IMG/VR virus record: IMGVR_UViG_3300043568_000902
From: an uncultured virus (IMG/VR IMGVR_UViG_3300043568_000902)
Taxonomy: Duplodnaviria > Heunggongvirae > Uroviricota > Caudoviricetes
Length of the DNA: 64,000 nt
Direction: 5' to 3' (one strand)
The translations under genes were made by a program, and so were the position numbers. Of the stretch, positions 1 to 8,734 are shown piece after piece. Position 1 is the first letter of the stretch, and each line of letters starts with the position of its first letter. The notes below the pieces were generated by a model. It did not search any database. It saw only the letters and a list, made by a program, of their open reading frames with translations, and was not told the origin of the DNA.

Positions 1-2
1 TA

Positions 3-1094
3 GGTTACGGTGGAGCATCATGGTTCTGTATTGCTAACGTAGGTCCTACCGCTACTGTACCTTCAGCGGATCCTACAAAATGGGCATTACTTGCTGCACA
101 AGGAGCTACTGGAGCTACAGGTGCTACAGGATTACAAGGTCCAACTGGAGCAACAGGTCCCTCAGGAGCAACAATGCTTTTGACTACAACTGGTACAGGT
201 GGTAACTCATCATTTGCATCGGGCACTTTAAACGTACCTGTTTACCAAACACAGATTCCTCATTTAGAATATAATCTTACCGAGAAAACAGTTTGGAATA
301 ACGGTTTAGGTAACATTTTAAGTAGCACAAGTTTTGGTCAATTTGCTCTTAATAATGCTAATGTATTTAACTTTGAGAACTCAGCTTTTGGAGCATATGC
401 TTTATCAAATATTAGCCAAGGTTACAGTAATACAGGTATTGGTTATACAGCTTTGTATAATGTAACCACAGGGTATCAAAACACAGCTGTTGGAAAAGGT
501 GCTTTGTATCTTAATTCTGCTAATGGTAATGTTGCTATAGGTCACAATGCCTTAAATGTAAGTACAACAGCAACAGGTAATGCTATTATTGGAACATTTG
601 CTGGAAATAACTTAGGGGCAGGGTCTTATAATTCTGCTGTTGGTGTCAGTGCTCTTACAGGAGTAACAACCGGTAACTACAACGTTGCAATGGGTTGGAG
701 TGCAATGAGCAGTGGCAATGGTTCACAAAACATTGCTATTGGAGTTGGTACACAAGCGGGATTAGGAACTCCTACACAAAACGTTGCTATAGGTTACCAA
801 GCCCTGGGTAGTAATTCAGGTAATGAAAATACAGCTGTGGGTAATTCTGCTTTAATTGGAAATACCACAGGTAGTAAAAATACAGCAATTGGTTGGTTAG
901 TTAACAATGGTAACTTTAGCGAGTGTGTAATTATTGGTGCAGGTGCTACCGCAACAGGTAGTAACCAATTTGTTGTAGGTTCTTCTACATATAACGCAGG
1001 ACTTGTTGCTACGGAAACAATTGTTGCTAATAGAACATGGCTTGTTAGAATTAACGGAGCTAACTACAAAATCCCAATGGTGCTTATACCATAA
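3..1094 (+). CDS. Tail fibre/adhesin-like protein, 5'-truncated; collagen-like G-X-Y stretch followed by NTAxG..AL beta-roll repeats
   Basis: The frame of ORF 174..1094 stays open to the window edge (GYGGASWFCIANVGP...WALLAAQ-GATGATGATGLQGPTGATGPSGAT-MLL); many repeats such as NSAFGAYAL, NTGIGYTAL, NTAVGKGAL, NVAIGHNAL. Confidence 0.7.
   Translation, partial: GYGGASWFCIANVGPTATVPSADPTKWALLAAQGATGATGATGLQGPTGATGPSGATMLLTTTGTGGNSSFASGTLNVPVYQTQIPHLEYNLTEKTVWNNGLGNILSSTSFGQFALNNANVFNFENSAFGAYALSNISQGYSNTGIGYTALYNVTTGYQNTAVGKGALYLNSANGNVAIGHNALNVSTTATGNAIIGTFAGNNLGAGSYNSAVGVSALTGVTTGNYNVAMGWSAMSSGNGSQNIAIGVGTQAGLGTPTQNVAIGYQALGSNSGNENTAVGNSALIGNTTGSKNTAIGWLVNNGNFSECVIIGAGATATGSNQFVVGSSTYNAGLVATETIVANRTWLVRINGANYKIPMVLIP
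102..173 (+). repeat. Collagen-like (Gly-X-Y)8 repeat
   Basis: GAT GAT GAT GLQ GPT GAT GPS GAT read directly in frame. Confidence 0.85.
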
Positions 1095-1106
1095 TTATAG
1101 TATACT

Positions 1107-1658
1107 ATGGATATCCTTAACTGGCTAGGCATAAAGAAACAAAACTTAATCAGAACCACACTAGATAGTCCACAAGACTTACTAGTGCTTGGTGCTGATG
1201 TATCATTCCAAAAACGGGGTGATAAGTATCAATCTTATGCTATGCCTGCAAAGGATTTTATTGAAGCAGGGCTAATTGCTAATACTGCTCACTATGAGTT
1301 AGATATTGCAGCTACTAGTGTTGTAACAGTAAACACTATTCGTGGTATTATTGATATTGTCAATATGGGAACATCTGCTCCTTTAACTCCTGGTGCAGCT
1401 TATGCTAGTTCAGTTTCTTTCTTGATTGATAATCCAGATCTAGACCTTACTATAACTAACAGAGATAACGTATATGTACAATACTCAGTGTATTACAAAA
1501 ACACTATAACTGATAATGTTATCCCTCATTTAATTGCTACAGGAGTTTCAAACGGATTAGAGTTTAATCTTTATAACGCTAATCCTACAATAGCTGGGGT
1601 TAATAACTGGGATGGTGATTTGTACGTTTATTATGAACTTTACACAATAAATAACTAA
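1107..1658 (+). CDS. Putative virion accessory/fibre protein, paralog A
   Basis: Shares an N-terminal ~50 aa with the next gene; beta-rich C-terminus. Confidence 0.5.
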   Translation: MDILNWLGIKKQNLIRTTLDSPQDLLVLGADVSFQKRGDKYQSYAMPAKDFIEAGLIANTAHYELDIAATSVVTVNTIRGIIDIVNMGTSAPLTPGAAYASSVSFLIDNPDLDLTITNRDNVYVQYSVYYKNTITDNVIPHLIATGVSNGLEFNLYNANPTIAGVNNWDGDLYVYYELYTINN

Positions 1659-1659
1659 C

Positions 1660-2310
1660 ATGGATATATTAAACTGGGTATACCTACTCAAAAACAAACT
1701 AGTAAAAACTACAGTACAAGATCCTACACAAGATCTTGTAATTCTTGGTAACAATGTATCTTACGCTAAACGCGGAGACAAGTACCAGTCTTATGGTATG
1801 ACCGTAGAAGATTTTGCTGCATCTATAGTACCTGCTCCAGGTACTCAAATGAACTATGTAACGGGTATATTAGATCCAGAAGCAGAAAGTGATTTTATAC
1901 AGTTACCTGATACTATTACAACTGATAATGGTGACCTACTTAATACTTATAAATTAGGTGGTATTGTAAACTTTAATGTACCAGGTCAATCTTCTTATTC
2001 ATACCTAATTGGTGTAATATCAGGAGACCAGAAACTTAGATTAATTAATGACGCTAGTGTAATTGGCGCAAAGGGGGTAACTACATATAATGGAGTATCT
2101 GGTAAGTTTACAGTAAATGCTTTAGTAAAAAACGCAAGTACGGGAGCAGCTATACCACTTACATTTGCAACGATTGTACTGGATAATACAATAGCAGGTC
2201 TTGATGACTACTTTGTATCCATTGTAGCAACTGCTGGAGCATCTTGGGTAGGCATAGCATACATAGATATTGAGTTCATGTCTGACCAAACACTATCTTA
2301 CTTTAACTAA
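1660..2310 (+). CDS. Putative virion accessory/fibre protein, paralog B
   Basis: MDILNW...DL..LG..VS..KRGDKYQSY.M...DF shared with the previous gene. Confidence 0.5.
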   Translation: MDILNWVYLLKNKLVKTTVQDPTQDLVILGNNVSYAKRGDKYQSYGMTVEDFAASIVPAPGTQMNYVTGILDPEAESDFIQLPDTITTDNGDLLNTYKLGGIVNFNVPGQSSYSYLIGVISGDQKLRLINDASVIGAKGVTTYNGVSGKFTVNALVKNASTGAAIPLTFATIVLDNTIAGLDDYFVSIVATAGASWVGIAYIDIEFMSDQTLSYFN

Positions 2311-2324
2311 TAAAACTTAAACAT

Positions 2325-2507
2325 ATGTCATTAAGAAAAGGATCATTAGAAGAATATTATAACAGTGTACCTGGTATGAAATCTGCAGGATGCCGTACTC
2401 CTAAACCTGGAGATAGACCAACATGTTATCAGGATAAGGTAGAGCCTGATACACGGGCAAAGTTAAATCTTTATGCAAATCCTCAAGATGCTTCAAGAGA
2501 AGCTTAA
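2325..2507 (+). CDS. Small hypothetical protein
   Basis: Fills the gap between genes; A-rich leader. Confidence 0.55.
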   Translation: MSLRKGSLEEYYNSVPGMKSAGCRTPKPGDRPTCYQDKVEPDTRAKLNLYANPQDASREA

Positions 2508-2521
2508 AAAATTATAAAACT

Positions 2522-3022
2522 ATGTCACTAGGAAACGGTAACCCAAAAAGTGGAGATAAAGGCTCTAACTTTAACTACGAGTTAAAAGTATTGCAAGGAC
2601 TTCAATGTGCTTGTGATCAACTTAAAGCAATTAATATAGACACTGATGACTTAGAACAGTTATTAGCAGATCTTATTGCAGAGCTTCAAGCAGGTATAGA
2701 TGTTACTGTAGTAAACGCTGCAGGAGCAGCTGCAGTAAATATACAAGATGGTGGTAACTCTATTACTGTAGATGGCGGAACAGGTGTTCAAAGAACCCCT
2801 ACTTTCCTTAGACCCGCAGGACTATCTGGTACTATACCAGCAGGTAGATACTCAATGTCATTTGCTAATGTAGGAACCATTAATGCAACAGTTGGTGGTA
2901 TTACATTAAAGCCTGGTGAAACAATGAACTTTGACGCAGGAGCTATTAATAATACACTGGGTTCTGTAGCTTACAATGCTACAGGCGCAGGTGGAGAGTT
3001 ATTAATTATCTCACTTACATAA
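2522..3022 (+). CDS. Putative tail/fibre-associated protein (short coiled coil plus small beta domain)
   Basis: Heptad-like segment LEQLLADLIAELQ followed by a G/T/N-rich beta region; fibre-gene context. Confidence 0.45.
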   Translation: MSLGNGNPKSGDKGSNFNYELKVLQGLQCACDQLKAINIDTDDLEQLLADLIAELQAGIDVTVVNAAGAAAVNIQDGGNSITVDGGTGVQRTPTFLRPAGLSGTIPAGRYSMSFANVGTINATVGGITLKPGETMNFDAGAINNTLGSVAYNATGAGGELLIISLT

Positions 3023-3024
3023 TT

Positions 3025-4266
3025 ATGAGTACTATAATATCTACTTCTAGCGTATCTAATCAATCAATAGTTGCTAATGATCCAATGTTAGCAGATGCGT
3101 TCGGTAGACTAAGAATAAGTGAACCATTTACATTATTTGACTCTAGTCATAGATTTGCAGATAATAATTTGTGGTCAACAGCTACTGCTGTAAGTGGGTC
3201 TGCTACATTTGATGCTAATGAAGGTTTAATAAACTTAGGTGTAACAGCAGCATCAGGTTCTGAAGTTATTAGAGAAACCACAAAGGTGTTTTCTTATCAA
3301 CCTGGTAAGAGTCTTCTTGTTCTTAATACATTTGTAATGAATGCTGCTAAGACAGGGCTTAGACAAAGAGTGGGTTATTATGGGGCATCTAATGGATATT
3401 ATCTAGAACAAAATAGTAGCGCAGTAAGTTTTGTTGAAAGAAGTTCTGTTTCAGGATCATTAGTAAATAATCCGGTTGCTCAAGCAAATTGGAATGTAGA
3501 CCCTATGGATGGATCAGGCCCTAGTGGTATTACACTTGACTTAACAAAAGCTCAGATCTTATTTATGGATTTAGAGTGGTTAGGTGTAGGGACAGTTAGA
3601 ATAGGGTTTATTATAGATGGAAATTATTATGTTTGTCATAGATTCAACCATGCTAACTTAATCACATCTACATATATTACTACAGCTTCTTTGCCTCTTA
3701 GATATGAAATAACAAATACAGCTGCTACAGCTTCATCAAGTAGATTAAAACAAATATGTTCTACTGTAATATCTGAAGGAGGATATGAACTTCGTGGCTT
3801 ACAACAGGCTGTAGGTACGCCAATAACAACACCTAAGACCTTAACTACGGCAGGCACATTGTATCCTATAGTTTCATTAAGATTAAAATCAACTAGATTA
3901 GATGGAATAGCTATAGCTACAGCTGTTTCTATAATAGGGAATACAGCTGCTAATTTTAATTGGCAATTAATATCATCAGGAGCAACTACAGGTGGAACTT
4001 GGATTAGTGCAGGAGCGAATACTTCTGTAGAATATAACTTAACAGGGACTGCTTTTGCGGGAGGAAGAATAATAGCATCAGGATATTTTACGGCTACAGC
4101 AAGCACAAGCGTATCTATTGATATATTAAAGGCAGCATTGTTTAGTAATCAATTAGAAAGAGACGGATTAACAGGAACTCCTTATGAGTTCACAATAGCT
4201 TTAACGGCAGGTACAAATAATGAAAGCGTATTTGCATCAATGGATTGGGAAGAAGTAAGTAGATAA
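3025..4266 (+). CDS. Conserved phage beta-rich structural (tail/fibre) protein
   Basis: DAFGRLRISEPFTLFDS...DLEWLGVGTVRIGF motifs typical of a family common in environmental phages; S/T/G-rich. Confidence 0.5.
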   Translation: MSTIISTSSVSNQSIVANDPMLADAFGRLRISEPFTLFDSSHRFADNNLWSTATAVSGSATFDANEGLINLGVTAASGSEVIRETTKVFSYQPGKSLLVLNTFVMNAAKTGLRQRVGYYGASNGYYLEQNSSAVSFVERSSVSGSLVNNPVAQANWNVDPMDGSGPSGITLDLTKAQILFMDLEWLGVGTVRIGFIIDGNYYVCHRFNHANLITSTYITTASLPLRYEITNTAATASSSRLKQICSTVISEGGYELRGLQQAVGTPITTPKTLTTAGTLYPIVSLRLKSTRLDGIAIATAVSIIGNTAANFNWQLISSGATTGGTWISAGANTSVEYNLTGTAFAGGRIIASGYFTATASTSVSIDILKAALFSNQLERDGLTGTPYEFTIALTAGTNNESVFASMDWEEVSR

Positions 4267-4277
4267 AACATATTAAT

Positions 4278-4829
4278 ATGAGTACACAAATACAAATACC
4301 ATCTATTAATCAGTTACCTATAGCTGCCGTATCTGATACAACGTTTACAACTTTAACAGGAACATTAACTCAAACTATTGTAAAGACTTTAACTATACCT
4401 GCTAATACGTTAACGATTGGTAATTATTGGAATGTAGGAAATAAAGATTTTGGAAGTGTAGAAGCAGCTATAAACTATGCGGGAACAGGTGCTACAAGCA
4501 TGCTGGTTTATATGAACAATACTACTAATTTATCAGGTAGTCCTATTCAATTAGGTGGTGGACTAAGTGCCGCAGCTTCAACTGGTACCGCAGCTTATGC
4601 ATTTGGTATTAATCCTACATCAGCGGGTGTGGGTAATACTATGACTCGTATTACAAGTAATACTAATGTGCAAAATACTTCAACAGCAACATTACCTGGG
4701 GGATATACGAACTCGACTATTTTTGATATTACACAACCGATATATATTATTTTTGCTGTAACTTTAAATAATGTAGGAACAACACTTTCTATGGGACCAG
4801 CAATTATCAACCCTCTAAAGAAATTATAA
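4278..4829 (+). CDS. Putative fibre tip/decoration protein
   Basis: T/N/G-rich with few charged residues; TIPANTL and FDITQPIYIIFAV motifs. Confidence 0.45.
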   Translation: MSTQIQIPSINQLPIAAVSDTTFTTLTGTLTQTIVKTLTIPANTLTIGNYWNVGNKDFGSVEAAINYAGTGATSMLVYMNNTTNLSGSPIQLGGGLSAAASTGTAAYAFGINPTSAGVGNTMTRITSNTNVQNTSTATLPGGYTNSTIFDITQPIYIIFAVTLNNVGTTLSMGPAIINPLKKL

Positions 4830-5182
4830 TGGGATCAGCAGAAGCGTGGGTATTTACTACTAAAGATGTTATCTGGATAGTGATGACAATAGGTGCAGGT
4901 TTATCAGCATATTATGCTCTTAAGCAGGAACTAGGGAAGTTGAAAGGGAAAGTAGATAAACTCGCAAGTGATATGGACTCCCTAGAAACAGATCTCATGG
5001 CTAAAGAAACAAGCATCTATAATAGAATGGAAATACTTAAAGAAGATCAGAAAGCTGCTCACGAGAAGCTTGATCTAAAGATGGATAACCTTACTACGCA
5101 TATGACTCAGTTGAGTACTAACATTGCAGAGTTAACGGGATATATAAAGGCTAAGAGAGAAGAAGACGGTAAACGCGCTTAG
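4829..5182 (+). CDS. Holin-like membrane protein (one TM helix plus coiled coil)
   Basis: VIWIVMTIGAGLSAYYAL hydrophobic helix followed by heptad repeats; last gene before a terminator. Confidence 0.5.
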   Translation: MGSAEAWVFTTKDVIWIVMTIGAGLSAYYALKQELGKLKGKVDKLASDMDSLETDLMAKETSIYNRMEILKEDQKAAHEKLDLKMDNLTTHMTQLSTNIAELTGYIKAKREEDGKRA

Positions 5183-5212
5183 TTCTTGTGGTTAATATGA
5201 TTTAGGTTAAGT

Positions 5213-5254
5213 ACCCACCGGCATACCGTGAGATCTGCTAGTGGGTCTTTTTTT
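5213..5254 (+). terminator. Rho-independent terminator
   Basis: ACCCAC...GTGGGT stem (extended by GGCA/TGCT) followed by T7. Confidence 0.65.
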
Positions 5255-5263
5255 GTTTAAATG

Positions 5264-5293
5264 TTGTAAGTTTAAACTTTTTATCTATATTTG
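5264..5293 (+). promoter_or_regulatory. Bacteroidota sigma70-type promoter (TTG-N19-TAnnTTTG)
   Basis: TTG at 5264-5266 and TATATTTG at 5286-5293, directly after the terminator and before ATG 5318. Confidence 0.6.
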
Positions 5294-5317
5294 TGTAAAC
5301 TTAAATATTTAAAAGTT

Positions 5318-5587
5318 ATGTCAAACCAACAAGAAACGTTTACTCCTGAACAAATTGAGGAGAAGAAAGCTGAGTTAATGGCTTTTTACAAAGAGCAAAT
5401 TGAAGTTCTTCAATTGCAAAAAGATTATGAAACACTTGCTACTGAGATTGAAGAATTGCGCGCAAGACGTTTAATGGCTCAAATGCGTCAAGCTCAAATC
5501 GTTGCACCTGCTCCAGATGAAGATGGTCCTGAGACTGCTGAAGAAACAGCTGAGATTAAGAAGCGTGTTTTAAGAAAAGAACAATAA
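5318..5587 (+). CDS. Small coiled-coil protein
   Basis: ATG 5318 (MSNQQETF...) preferred over the track's TTG 5291, which overlaps the promoter. Confidence 0.7.
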   Translation: MSNQQETFTPEQIEEKKAELMAFYKEQIEVLQLQKDYETLATEIEELRARRLMAQMRQAQIVAPAPDEDGPETAEETAEIKKRVLRKEQ

Positions 5588-5593
5588 GAAATC

Positions 5594-5998
5594 ATGGCAG
5601 TAGTAAATCAAGTTCAGAAAAAAGTACGTATGAACCTATGGGACGTAGTACGCTTTCAGCTTAATGTGCATTGCCATTTGAAAAACATTTCAGTATCAGA
5701 CCGTGACCTTAATTGCCTTACATATTTGGCAATTTCAGGTGAAAAGGAGCTTGCGGATTTTTGTAATGCTGTTGCCGATAACAATATCTTCGGCAATAGC
5801 CAATCCGTAAGAAATGCAATATCAAAAGGACAGCGTCGTGGTCTAGTTAATGTATTTAAGAATGGTAAAGCAAAGAAGCGCATTAAGCTGAATCCAGAAA
5901 TAATGATACAGACTAATGGTAATATCTTGTTAGATTATAAAATTGTAAGAGTTGAATCCCAAGAAAGCGAAGACCCTTTACAGCGAAGTATCAACTGA
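5594..5998 (+). CDS. Putative winged-HTH DNA-binding protein
   Basis: SDRDLNCLTYLA...QSVRNAISKGQRRGLV...KRIKLNPE resembles a wHTH pattern. Confidence 0.45.
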   Translation: MAVVNQVQKKVRMNLWDVVRFQLNVHCHLKNISVSDRDLNCLTYLAISGEKELADFCNAVADNNIFGNSQSVRNAISKGQRRGLVNVFKNGKAKKRIKLNPEIMIQTNGNILLDYKIVRVESQESEDPLQRSIN

Positions 5999-6341
5999 TC
6001 TTAATCTAGATGAGAATCTAGTAAAAGATGTATTGGATTTCTACTGGAGCGATTTGCGAAAGCAAATGGCAAATCTTACATCACCAAGATTAGATGTTAT
6101 CAATCTAGGAACATTTGAAGTAATGCCTAAAACATTAGAAAAATGTATAGAAGCTTATCAAGAGTATCAAAAGATGCCAGTTCCTAAAACCTTTACAAAG
6201 TACCAAGCTTACAGTGTAATTGAGGGAAGACTTAAACGCCTCCTAGAAATACAACAAGAGCTACAAAGCTATAAGCAAATAAAACAAACCGTTATAGAAA
6301 AACGTTATGGTAAGCAAGATCAAGAAAATCTGGAAGAATAA
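5952..6341 (+). CDS. HU/IHF-like DNA-binding protein
   Basis: VSTDLNLDENLVKDVLDFYW helices then LDVINLGTFEV (compare HU V.L.GFGTF.V); TTG start. Confidence 0.55.
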   Translation: MNPKKAKTLYSEVSTDLNLDENLVKDVLDFYWSDLRKQMANLTSPRLDVINLGTFEVMPKTLEKCIEAYQEYQKMPVPKTFTKYQAYSVIEGRLKRLLEIQQELQSYKQIKQTVIEKRYGKQDQENLEE

Positions 6342-6633
6342 GTGGCTCATCCTTGAGGGGATGTTTAACTACTACTTTACTCGCAAGAAGATTGAGAAGA
6401 TAGCAAGCTACAGAAATGATATATGTAGCACATGTCCTCTTATTGATTTAAAAGGTGATAAGTGTGAGGTGCCGGGTACTCAACCTTGTTGCGGTGATTG
6501 CGGATGTTCACTTAAGTATAAAACTTACAGCATGTCTTCCGCATGCCCTCAAGGAAGATGGTTTGCTGTAATGACAGAAGAAGAAGAAGATGATATGAAT
6601 GCTAAACTAGAAAATCATGGCAATACTATTTAA
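6307..6633 (+). CDS. Cys-rich putative zinc-binding protein
   Basis: R..ICSTCP...C...CCGDCGCSL..KT...SACPQGRW. Confidence 0.6.
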   Translation: MVSKIKKIWKNKWLILEGMFNYYFTRKKIEKIASYRNDICSTCPLIDLKGDKCEVPGTQPCCGDCGCSLKYKTYSMSSACPQGRWFAVMTEEEEDDMNAKLENHGNTI

Positions 6634-7438
6634 AGCTGATACACATACTTATACAAGTATAGATCCTAGTGAGAATATCACATGGACTAGTGTAACTGGT
6701 ATTATATCTAAGCATAAGAAACCATTTGATGCTGATGCAATAGCAGCTAAATCTGTTAAGAACAATTGGAGCAAATGGTATGGTATGACAGAAACTGATG
6801 TTAAAGAAGCTTGGAGGAATGAATCACAAAAAGCTGTTAATCTTGGTACATGGTATCATAACCAAAGAGAGCTTGCTTATACATCATGTAGCACCATAGA
6901 AAAAGATGGTTGTATAGTACCTATTTTTAAACCTGTTGAAATTGATGGAATTAAGAATGCACCGGATCAAAAACTTGTAGAAGGTATATATCCTGAGCAT
7001 ATGACGTATCTTAAGAGTGCGGGGCTATGTGGTCAAGCGGATAGAATAGAAGTAATTAATGGAAAGGTCAACATATATGATTACAAAACTAATAAAGAAA
7101 TCAAAACAAAGTCTTACATTAATTGGGAAGGAGTTAGTGATAAAATGCTTGATCCAGTCAATCATTTGGATGATTGTAACCTTAACCATTATTCGTTGCA
7201 GTTAAGTTTTTATATGTATATGATTCTTAAACACAATCCCAGATTGAAACCGGGTAAAATGATTATTGAGCATATACTATTTGAGGAAGCTGGTAAAGAC
7301 GCGTATGACAACAGAATTGTGAAATATGATGATTTTGGTGAGCCAGTTGTACAAGAAATTGTACAATATGATGTACCATATCTTAAAACTGAAGTTATAA
7401 ACATTATTAATAGATTGAAAGAAAATGTCAAAGCTTAA
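6617..7438 (+). CDS. PD-(D/E)XK (RecB/Cas4-like) nuclease
   Basis: SVT, GTWYH, E, GQADRI, IYDYKT and YSLQLSFY motifs. Confidence 0.85.
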   Translation: MAILFKADTHTYTSIDPSENITWTSVTGIISKHKKPFDADAIAAKSVKNNWSKWYGMTETDVKEAWRNESQKAVNLGTWYHNQRELAYTSCSTIEKDGCIVPIFKPVEIDGIKNAPDQKLVEGIYPEHMTYLKSAGLCGQADRIEVINGKVNIYDYKTNKEIKTKSYINWEGVSDKMLDPVNHLDDCNLNHYSLQLSFYMYMILKHNPRLKPGKMIIEHILFEEAGKDAYDNRIVKYDDFGEPVVQEIVQYDVPYLKTEVINIINRLKENVKA

Positions 7439-8066
7439 TGAAAATATAGAACTTTTTAAGTGTTATGTAAAAGCATCACATTTTACAAAAGATGACGCCG
7501 ATAGCAATACTTATCATAAAGCTTATGCATTTGCTGTACAATCCTTAGCTGGTAAAATACTAACGTTTCACGTAATGACTGATTATGGTATGCTTAGATC
7601 AAGGGTGCCTATTTCAGAAATATACATGGAAATACCTAAAGCTGATATTCCATTTCACTTTAAACAACTATGGGATTGCTTTTCAGAAAATATATCTGTT
7701 ATTACATATGATTATCTATATGAAAAACGCTGTCAAGTAGTTTTAAAAGATGGTAGTATGATATGGGCTACATATTTAATGACAGTAGATTGGTATAAAA
7801 ATCCTTACTCTGATGAGCCATCTGATTATAAATGTGGGCATATTTTAATTGCAGATGATGGTTATTTACTTTGTCAACCTAATAATAGAATATACTGGAG
7901 AGATTCTAATTGGGTTACAAAGCCATTTCCTGTAGAACCTTCTACATTTAAAGTAGATACGCATATAGAGTCCGTTGAGGCCCAATCTGATAAGTGGGTA
8001 TCTGAAGATTCTAATAGTTATTATTATGAAATAAAAAAGATTGAAGATGATAGTCAAACTATTTGA
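7425..8066 (+). CDS. Conserved phage hypothetical protein
   Basis: QLWDCFS...YLMTVDW...EPSDYKCGH...QPNNRI motif set. Confidence 0.6.
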   Translation: MSKLNENIELFKCYVKASHFTKDDADSNTYHKAYAFAVQSLAGKILTFHVMTDYGMLRSRVPISEIYMEIPKADIPFHFKQLWDCFSENISVITYDYLYEKRCQVVLKDGSMIWATYLMTVDWYKNPYSDEPSDYKCGHILIADDGYLLCQPNNRIYWRDSNWVTKPFPVEPSTFKVDTHIESVEAQSDKWVSEDSNSYYYEIKKIEDDSQTI

Positions 8067-8565
8067 TATACAAAATGGTGTAATGTTGCCAAGCGAAAGC
8101 TGCTACACATTACCAACACTTAAGAAAATTATGGATGATTATCCTGATATGCATTTAAAAATATATCAGTATATCTTCTACATGAGTTGTCCGAACCCAG
8201 ATATTAATCCTTTTTTCCATATTGCTGATGATGACAAAGAAGAGATTATATTAGCAGAAATAGATGCAGATTTTAGTCCTGAGGATGATGGCATTCCTGG
8301 AGCATTAGAGTTCTGCAAAAAATTATATGAAACACCAACCTCCAGAGCTTACAATGGTATTAAGCAAATGCTTGATAGACTTGGTAGGTATATGGAAACA
8401 ACAAGTATAACCGATGGAAGAGATGGCAACCTCACAGCGCTCGTTAACGCAGCATCAAAGTATCAACAAATCCGAGAAGCCTACAAAGGCGCGTACAAAG
8501 ACCTCCAGGAAGAGCAGGCGGGCCGTGCTCGAGGCGGGGCGGGGCTTGCATATGACCAAATGTGA
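8047..8565 (+). CDS. Helical protein upstream of TerL; candidate terminase small subunit
   Basis: ATG 8047; size, position and C-terminal coiled coil ending RARGG; assignment rests on synteny only. Confidence 0.4.
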   Translation: MIVKLFDIQNGVMLPSESCYTLPTLKKIMDDYPDMHLKIYQYIFYMSCPNPDINPFFHIADDDKEEIILAEIDADFSPEDDGIPGALEFCKKLYETPTSRAYNGIKQMLDRLGRYMETTSITDGRDGNLTALVNAASKYQQIREAYKGAYKDLQEEQAGRARGGAGLAYDQM

Positions 8566-8734
8566 TTATCTATACGACTACATGTTGCACTATAATATCT
8601 ATAATGAGAAATGGTACGCTGTGCGTAGAGAAGATCTAGAAGGTTATCTAAATGGTGAACTTAAACCAAGAGGGTTTAAAGAACTTAAAGACCTTTTACA
8701 CACACTAAAAAAGAAACATGCTCCAAAGCACTAA
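8552..8734 (+). CDS. Small hypothetical protein (MTKCDYLYDY...)
   Basis: In-frame ATG 8552 within track ORF 8414..8734 avoids a long overlap. Confidence 0.55.
   Translation: MTKCDYLYDYMLHYNIYNEKWYAVRREDLEGYLNGELKPRGFKELKDLLHTLKKKHAPKH

Noticed and set aside
1107..2310. Diversity-generating retroelement TR/VR pair
   Set aside because: Similarity is N-terminal and at protein level, not adenine-specific; no reverse transcriptase in the window
5183..5260. tRNA or riboswitch in this or other intergenic gaps
   Set aside because: No cloverleaf or T-loop GTTCRA consensus seen; a terminator hairpin explains the structure
6617..7438. CRISPR-Cas system (Cas4-like nuclease)
   Set aside because: No repeat-spacer array or other cas genes; the Fe-S Cys cluster of Cas4 is not evident
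8414..8551. Long N-terminus of track ORF 8414..8734
   Set aside because: It overlaps the upstream gene by ~150 nt; ATG 8552 gives normal coupling
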